22,100 bases of DNA from an uncultured delta proteobacterium (GTDB lineage: Bacteria; Myxococcota; Myxococcia; Myxococcales; Myxococcaceae). Below the pieces are notes generated by a model. That model was not told where the DNA came from. It was given only the letters and a program-made list of their open reading frames with translations, and searched no databases. Below are positions 17,422 through 22,100 of the stretch, piece by piece. The position numbers were made by a program, and so were the translations under genes. Positions within the stretch are counted from its first letter, which is position 1; each line of letters starts with the position of its first letter. Location of the stretch: contig CAVZMH010000004.1 of assembly GCA_963776345.1 (NCBI GenBank), positions 1 through 22,100 on the forward strand, in the 5' to 3' direction.

Positions 17422-17582
17422 GGGAGGACCCAGGTAATCCGGATGCTCACCGTCCGGCGGTACGAAATCCGGACCGCCGATCGGGCCCCGACGGGGACGC
17501 CTGCGGCCCCGCGCAGCATCCAGCGTTGCCCGAGGATGTCGAGCGCGCGGGCGATGGAGCAGAGCTGGCCGTGGCCTGTCAC
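17418..17582 (-). pseudogene. Truncated HxlR-family regulator remnant (54-aa ORF)
   Basis: GTG start; reads MTGHGQLCSIARALDILGQRWML, the HxlR N-terminal C.IARAL..LG.RW motif, then unrelated sequence to a TGA overlapping the GNAT ATG. Confidence 0.7.
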
Positions 17583-17638
17583 GGCGCCGGGGCTTAGCCG
17601 AGATGGGCCGCGCCCGTCAGGGGGGAAGGCGCGGGTCG

Positions 17639-17670
17639 TCCTCGCAGAGCCCCGTCCCAGCCTGCGAGGA
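17639..17670. terminator. GC hairpin downstream of the SpoIID-like gene
   Basis: TCCTCGCAG-N14-CTGCGAGGA, perfect 9-bp stem; no U tract. Confidence 0.3.
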
Positions 17671-17710
17671 GCACGAGGCAGAGCGAACGCCGCGTCTCAC
17701 GGCTCCGATC

Positions 17711-18937
17711 CTACTTGAGGCCATACGCCCGCCGGAGCAATTCCGGCGCGGTGAGCCCCGAGCTGCGAGCGGCGTCCACGTCCAGCCCGAGTCCGTGGCC
17801 ACGCCCACGTCCGCGGATCCGGACGGTCTCGCCCTCGAAGACGCCCTCGGTCGGGCAGCTCGGGAGGCGGAGCGCGGCGCGGATCGGCTCGCAGGGAATG
17901 CGCTCGACGCCCTTCGGCCCCACCACTTCCAGCGCCCGTCCGTCCCCACCGAAGCGCTGCGCGTCGCCGAGCACCGTGCGCACCTCGGCCGCCGGACGCC
18001 GCCGCTCCCAGGTCTCGCTTCCACCGCGGAAGTAGGGGAGCCATTGATCGGTGGGCAGCTCTGGCAACGCCAGCGCCCGCCTCACCTCCGCGGTCGGCGT
18101 CGCCGTGCCGAGGAACACCTGGCAGTGCGTGGTGTCGCAGAGGGGCCGCCCCGGATGTCGCTCCACCCGTGCGTCGTGGGCGATGAGCTGCGCCAGCGCC
18201 ACCCCGGCCTCGCCGCCGAGTCCGGCGTGCTCGGCGCCCATGACTCCCGAGACGTACCCCGAGAGCGTGGTGCGGAAGATGACCTCGGAGCCACGCCTTG
18301 CGCGTGCCTGGCGCGGGGTGCTCCCGGCCTCCGGCTGACGGTCCGGCAACGGGCGAAAGGAGAAGATGCCGGCGTAGGGCCGCGGCTGGCTCCCGGCGAC
18401 TCGAACCTGCCACGCTCCTCCGGTGCAGAGGATGGCTCCGGTGCCGAGCGCGGCGCGGAGTGTCTGCCAGCCGGGAGGGAGCTCCTCGACCTGGCCCCCG
18501 CTGACCCGCGCCGCGCGTCCTCGGCACAGGACGCTCACTCGGTCCGGGCCGACGAGCCCGAACACCTGCACCTCGACGGCTGACTCGGCACGCGCACGCG
18601 CCGGGGCCGTGGCCTTCGGACCTCGCACCACCACCCGGTCGTCGTCGACGTCGAGCTGAAAATCGAGACCGGCCCGACGGGCGCCATTCCCCGCCTCGGC
18701 CTCGACCCGCACCGCCTCGGCGAGATCGCGCGCCCGGCGTGCCTCGGAGGAGGAATCGACGGCGAAGTCGTCCCCCGCGAGGATCTCACCGGAATGGCGC
18801 GAGACGACGCAGAGGTCGGTCCCTTCGGACAGAATCGAGCCGGGGAGCACGGACAGAGCCAGAGTGAGCGCGAACACACGCCCCGCCGGCGGGCCCGCCC
18901 GGGCGAGCGCCGCCCGGAGGAGCGCGGTGGAACGCAC
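17711..18937 (-). CDS. SpoIID/LytB domain protein (putative lytic transglycosylase), up to 408 aa; alternative GTG start at 18877
   Basis: YVSGVMGAE, RH...LCDTTHCQVF, IRAALRLPS, GRGRGHGLGL; TAGTG overlap with the upstream ATPase. Confidence 0.8.
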   Translation of the reverse strand: MRSTALLRAALARAGPPAGRVFALTLALSVLPGSILSEGTDLCVVSRHSGEILAGDDFAVDSSSEARRARDLAEAVRVEAEAGNGARRAGLDFQLDVDDDRVVVRGPKATAPARARAESAVEVQVFGLVGPDRVSVLCRGRAARVSGGQVEELPPGWQTLRAALGTGAILCTGGAWQVRVAGSQPRPYAGIFSFRPLPDRQPEAGSTPRQARARRGSEVIFRTTLSGYVSGVMGAEHAGLGGEAGVALAQLIAHDARVERHPGRPLCDTTHCQVFLGTATPTAEVRRALALPELPTDQWLPYFRGGSETWERRRPAAEVRTVLGDAQRFGGDGRALEVVGPKGVERIPCEPIRAALRLPSCPTEGVFEGETVRIRGRGRGHGLGLDVDAARSSGLTAPELLRRAYGLK

Positions 18938-19905
18938 TACGACGCCGGGCGCACCAGCCGCCGCGTCGGACGCCCGTCTTGCTTGGTGCGCCGGAAGTCG
19001 TCGGTGCGCCCCGGGAGCGAGACGAAGTCGCACATCTCGCACAGCCGGCTGTAGATGCGCTCGCCGATCCGCTCCACCAGGAGCTCCTCGCGCTCCAGGG
19101 CCTGCTCCGGAGCCTGGAACCCGCGGGGGCCCGGCGACGGCGCGCGCTCGCGCTCCAGCGAGTAGTTGGTGGCGACGATGGTGGTGAGGCCCGAGTTGTA
19201 GCGGCGGGCGATCAGCTCGTCGAGCGTCTCCATCTCGAAGGGGCTGCCGCGGCCGCGGCCCAGCTCGTCGATGGCCAGCACGTCCGCGTCCACCAGGCGG
19301 GCGATGATCTCCCCGCCGCTCTTGCCGGCGTTGAAGCCGCGCCGGATGTCCGCGAAGAGGAGCGAGATCTCCCGGTACTGCGCCGAGGCGCCGCGCTCGA
19401 GGACCAGGTGCCGGAGCGTCGCCGACAAGAGATGGGTCTTCCCGGAGCCCACCCGGCCGGAGATGACGAACCCGCGCGCCGGCCGGTCGCGCCTCCAATC
19501 CTGCGCGACGCTCCGGGCGACGCCGAGCGCCTGTTCCAGCGCGGCGGTCTTCTCCTGGTCGTCTCCCTTGGCGCGGAAGGTGGCGAAGCTGCTCGTGGCG
19601 TGGTGGGCAGGGATGCCCACCACCGCGAACTGGTCGACCCGCTCGGCCAGAAGCCGGCACACACACGGGGCGAGCGCCTCGTAGCTCTTCACCCCGACCT
19701 TCTTGCTGAACTCGACCTGGCGCGAGGTGTAGACGAAGCCGCGGCCCTTGCAGTGCGGGCACGGCTCGCGGCAGCTGCACACCCGGGCGACGGCCCGCGC
19801 GCGCCGTCCCTCGCCGTCCCCCGGCCCGGGCTGGAGCTCGGCCTCGACCCGGTAACCGTCACCCCGGCACTCGGGGCAGCTGGAGGAGGCGGCGAGGGCT
19901 TCCAT
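18937..19905 (-). CDS. DnaC/IstB-like AAA+ ATPase with two N-terminal Zn-ribbon motifs, 322 aa
   Basis: CPECRGDG...CSC, CPHCKGRG...CVC; Walker A GRVGSGKTHL; Walker B VLAIDELG; RRYN...TIVATNY; RIGERIYSRL.EMC. Confidence 0.9.
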   Translation of the reverse strand: MEALAASSSCPECRGDGYRVEAELQPGPGDGEGRRARAVARVCSCREPCPHCKGRGFVYTSRQVEFSKKVGVKSYEALAPCVCRLLAERVDQFAVVGIPAHHATSSFATFRAKGDDQEKTAALEQALGVARSVAQDWRRDRPARGFVISGRVGSGKTHLLSATLRHLVLERGASAQYREISLLFADIRRGFNAGKSGGEIIARLVDADVLAIDELGRGRGSPFEMETLDELIARRYNSGLTTIVATNYSLERERAPSPGPRGFQAPEQALEREELLVERIGERIYSRLCEMCDFVSLPGRTDDFRRTKQDGRPTRRLVRPAS

Positions 19906-20136
19906 GTCGTCGTGCAGCCTCAGTCGCGACGTCCCCAGGTGCGAGGCATCGTGCCGCGCAGCGCTCGGGACCGAGGAACCGCGTCCTGTACCATCGATGG
20001 CCGCTGCGTGCGCAAGATGGACAAGCGTTCCGGGCGCGCGCGATCGATCGCCCGTTCCGTCGACGCTGACCGAATCCTCCGCGGCGACACGACGCGAGCC
20101 ACGTTCCACCTGCTGCCCACAGGTCTTCCACCGGTT

Positions 20137-20454
20137 TCAGACACCGTCGCCCTCACCGCCGGCGCGAGTGCCGGCGCCCACCTTCCGGAGCCTCCAGGCG
20201 TCGATCTCGGCGTCCACCTCCGGGCGGCACGCACGCAGCGACCGGGGCGTCGCCCCCGCGGCCCCGTTCCACCGCGCCCGCTCGGCGGCCCGGAGCAGGC
20301 CCCGCGCCACCACCTCCAGCGGCACGCCCGACTCCGACCAGCGGCCGAGCAGCTCGCGGTCCAGCGCGCCCAGGGCCAGCCCGCGCCCCCGCACCACCGC
20401 GAAGAGCACCTCCACGCGCTCGGCAAAGGTCGAGGTGGGCGGAAGGAGACTCAT
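20137..20454 (-). CDS. Small hypothetical protein, 105 aa, possibly a DnaD-like helical domain
   Basis: High GC3; F..VRG.GL.L..LD.ELL..W...GVPLEVV.RG...RSLRAC...V pattern; same strand as and upstream of the DnaC-like gene. Confidence 0.7.
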   Translation of the reverse strand: MSLLPPTSTFAERVEVLFAVVRGRGLALGALDRELLGRWSESGVPLEVVARGLLRAAERARWNGAAGATPRSLRACRPEVDAEIDAWRLRKVGAGTRAGGEGDGV

Positions 20455-20500
20455 TCCCCACCCCCCGTGGAGCGGCCGGGCGACCGAGGGGCGGGCGAGG

Positions 20501-20530
20501 TTGACCTCCCGTCAGGAGGTTGAGGATGAT
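20501..20530 (+). promoter_or_regulatory. Candidate sigma70 promoter for gltD, overlapped by an inverted repeat
   Basis: TTGACC-N18-GATGAT; ACCTCC-N5-GGAGGT palindrome at 20504-20520. Confidence 0.35.
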
Positions 20531-20634
20531 GCGAGCGCAACTCCGAAGAAATTCCCAACACGATCAATGGCTTGCCCGCTCGTCCACAGTCCGGCCACGG
20601 CGCCCGGGCACAAGGGTCCGGAGTCCACATCCAC

Positions 20635-22100
20635 ATGCGACGCTCCCTCGTCCTTCTTCTGACGGTTCCCATGTTCGCGCATGCGGCCGACACCGGCCGC
20701 GCGCCCAAGGAGCAAACGCTCGGAAAGAAGGAGCAGACCACGCTGGACACGTCGCTGGCCGGCGACATCACGCGCAAGAAGGAGGACACCGGCGGCGCCC
20801 CGCTCGAGTACGACCAGTTCCAGCTCGGCGTCGAGCGGCAGATCTCCGACAAGCGCCGGTCGCAGATCGACTCGCTGCAGCGGATCATCGAGCTGTCGGG
20901 CGACTCGAAGGAGACCCCGGACCTCCTCTTCCGGCTGGGCGAGCTCTACTTCGAGGAATCGAGGGACTACTTCTTCCAGGCCAACCGGAAGGACGACGAC
21001 CTCATCCGCGGCCTGGCGACCAAGGACGTCGCGCTTCAAGAGAAGTCGAAGAAGGAGAAGACGGCGCTGATGGTCCAGCGCGACGCCAACGCCAAGCTGG
21101 CGGTCAACCAGTACACGCAGATCGTCCAGCGCTACCGGGACTACCCGCGCACCGACGAGGTGCTCTTCTTCCTCGCCCACAACCTGATGGACCTGAACGA
21201 GGAGAAGAAGGCCCTCATCGCCTACGGCAAGCTGGTGAAGGACTACCCGAAGTCGCGCTTCGTGCCCGACGCATACCTGGCCTTCGGCGAGTACTACTTC
21301 AACAACAGCAAGGGCCGGCGCGACTGGCTGCTGAAGGCGCTCGAGGCCTACAAGTCCGCGGCCGGCTTCCCCGAGAGCTCGATCTACGGGTTCGCGCTCT
21401 ACAAGCAGGGCTGGTGCCACTTCAACCTCAGCGACTACCCGAGGGCGATGGACCTCTTCAAGGCCACCGTCCTCTACGGCGAGTTCACCGGCGCCTCGGC
21501 GCTGGAGAAGCAGGGCGGCGCCAAGGGCAAGAACACGCTCATCCGCGAGGCCCGCAACGACTACGTCCGGGCCTACGAGCGCGCCGGGCTGTAGCCACAG
21601 CCGGCGAAGGAGAACTTCAGCACCGTGGCCAGCAACCCCGATGATCGCTTCGGGATGATGGAGCTGCTGGCGAGCCTCTACTACGACGCCGGCAAGGACA
21701 CGGAGGCCGCCCTGGCCTACGCTATCCTGATCAAGGAGAAGCCGCTCATCGCCAAGACACCGGGCTGGCAGAGCAAGGTGGTCGACTGCGTGCTCCGCCG
21801 CGGCGACAAGAAGCAGACGGTCCAGCAGATCCGCAAGCTGGTGAAGGTCATCGGCGACGTCGAGAAGTCCGGGAACGTGAAGACCGACGCCGACCGGAAG
21901 GCCATGGCCTCGGCCAAGGACCTGTCCGAGCGGACCCTTTCCAACATCGCGGTCAACTGGCACATCGAGGGCCGGAAGACCCGCGACGACGACACCTTCG
22001 AGTACGCCAACGAGGTGTACGGCGACTACCTGGCCCTCTTCCCGGAGAACAAGAAGTCGTACGACCTGCGCTTCTACTGGGGCGAGCTCCTCAACGACTA
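20635..22100 (+). CDS. gltD: TPR gliding-motility protein GltD/AgmU, 3' end outside the window; in-frame TAG at 21592-21594
   Basis: Signal peptide MRRSLVLLLTVPMFAHA; LLFRLGELYFEES, TPR units DEVLFFLAHNL, PDAYLAFGEYYF, FALYKQGWC. The same frame continues past the TAG with SERTLSNIAVNWH and YDLRFYWGELLND. Resembles Myxococcus AgmU/GltD as recalled. Confidence 0.8.

Noticed and set aside
18937..19905. IS21 element (IstB) or prophage
   Set aside because: No IstA transposase, terminal repeats, integrase or phage structural genes nearby
19906..20136. Read-through fusion of the 105-aa gene into the DnaC-like gene (same frame), or an extra ORF in the gap
   Set aside because: The gap lacks coding-type codon bias, and the ATPase has its own ATG with an upstream GAGG; a degraded 3' extension cannot be excluded
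21592..21594. Amber recoding (pyrrolysine or alternative code) in gltD
   Set aside because: TAG is the normal stop of lysC, the GNAT, the SpoIID-like gene and the DnaC-like gene; no recoding machinery is visible

Overview
Very GC-rich bacterial DNA, almost certainly from a myxobacterium (Myxococcota), since it carries a GltD/AgmU-like gliding gene and a myxobacterial-type stand-alone rpoZ. The backbone, left to right: two tandem CIRCE-like sites at the window edge; a coupled pair of conserved hypothetical genes; a doubled REC/DUF4388-like response regulator; rpoZ; an AidB-like acyl-CoA dehydrogenase; a GldA/F/G-like ABC system with a DUF4340 protein; aspartokinase; a GNAT preceded by an HxlR remnant; a SpoIID-like gene; a DnaC/IstB-like ATPase with a small partner; and the 5' part of gltD. 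The most interesting feature is a translationally coupled five-gene minus-strand cassette (10868 to 5378). It encodes a beta-propeller lipoprotein, a Cys-containing lipoprotein, an ECF sigma factor, a ZAS membrane anti-sigma, and an exported caspase-like protease with a predicted 8-stranded outer-membrane barrel. This looks like a protease-gated trans-envelope signalling system (inference). Two cassette genes carry the same +1 lesion (GGATC read as GGATTC), and gltD has an in-frame TAG; all three are probably sequencing or assembly errors. Family assignments come from motif recognition only; no searches were run.
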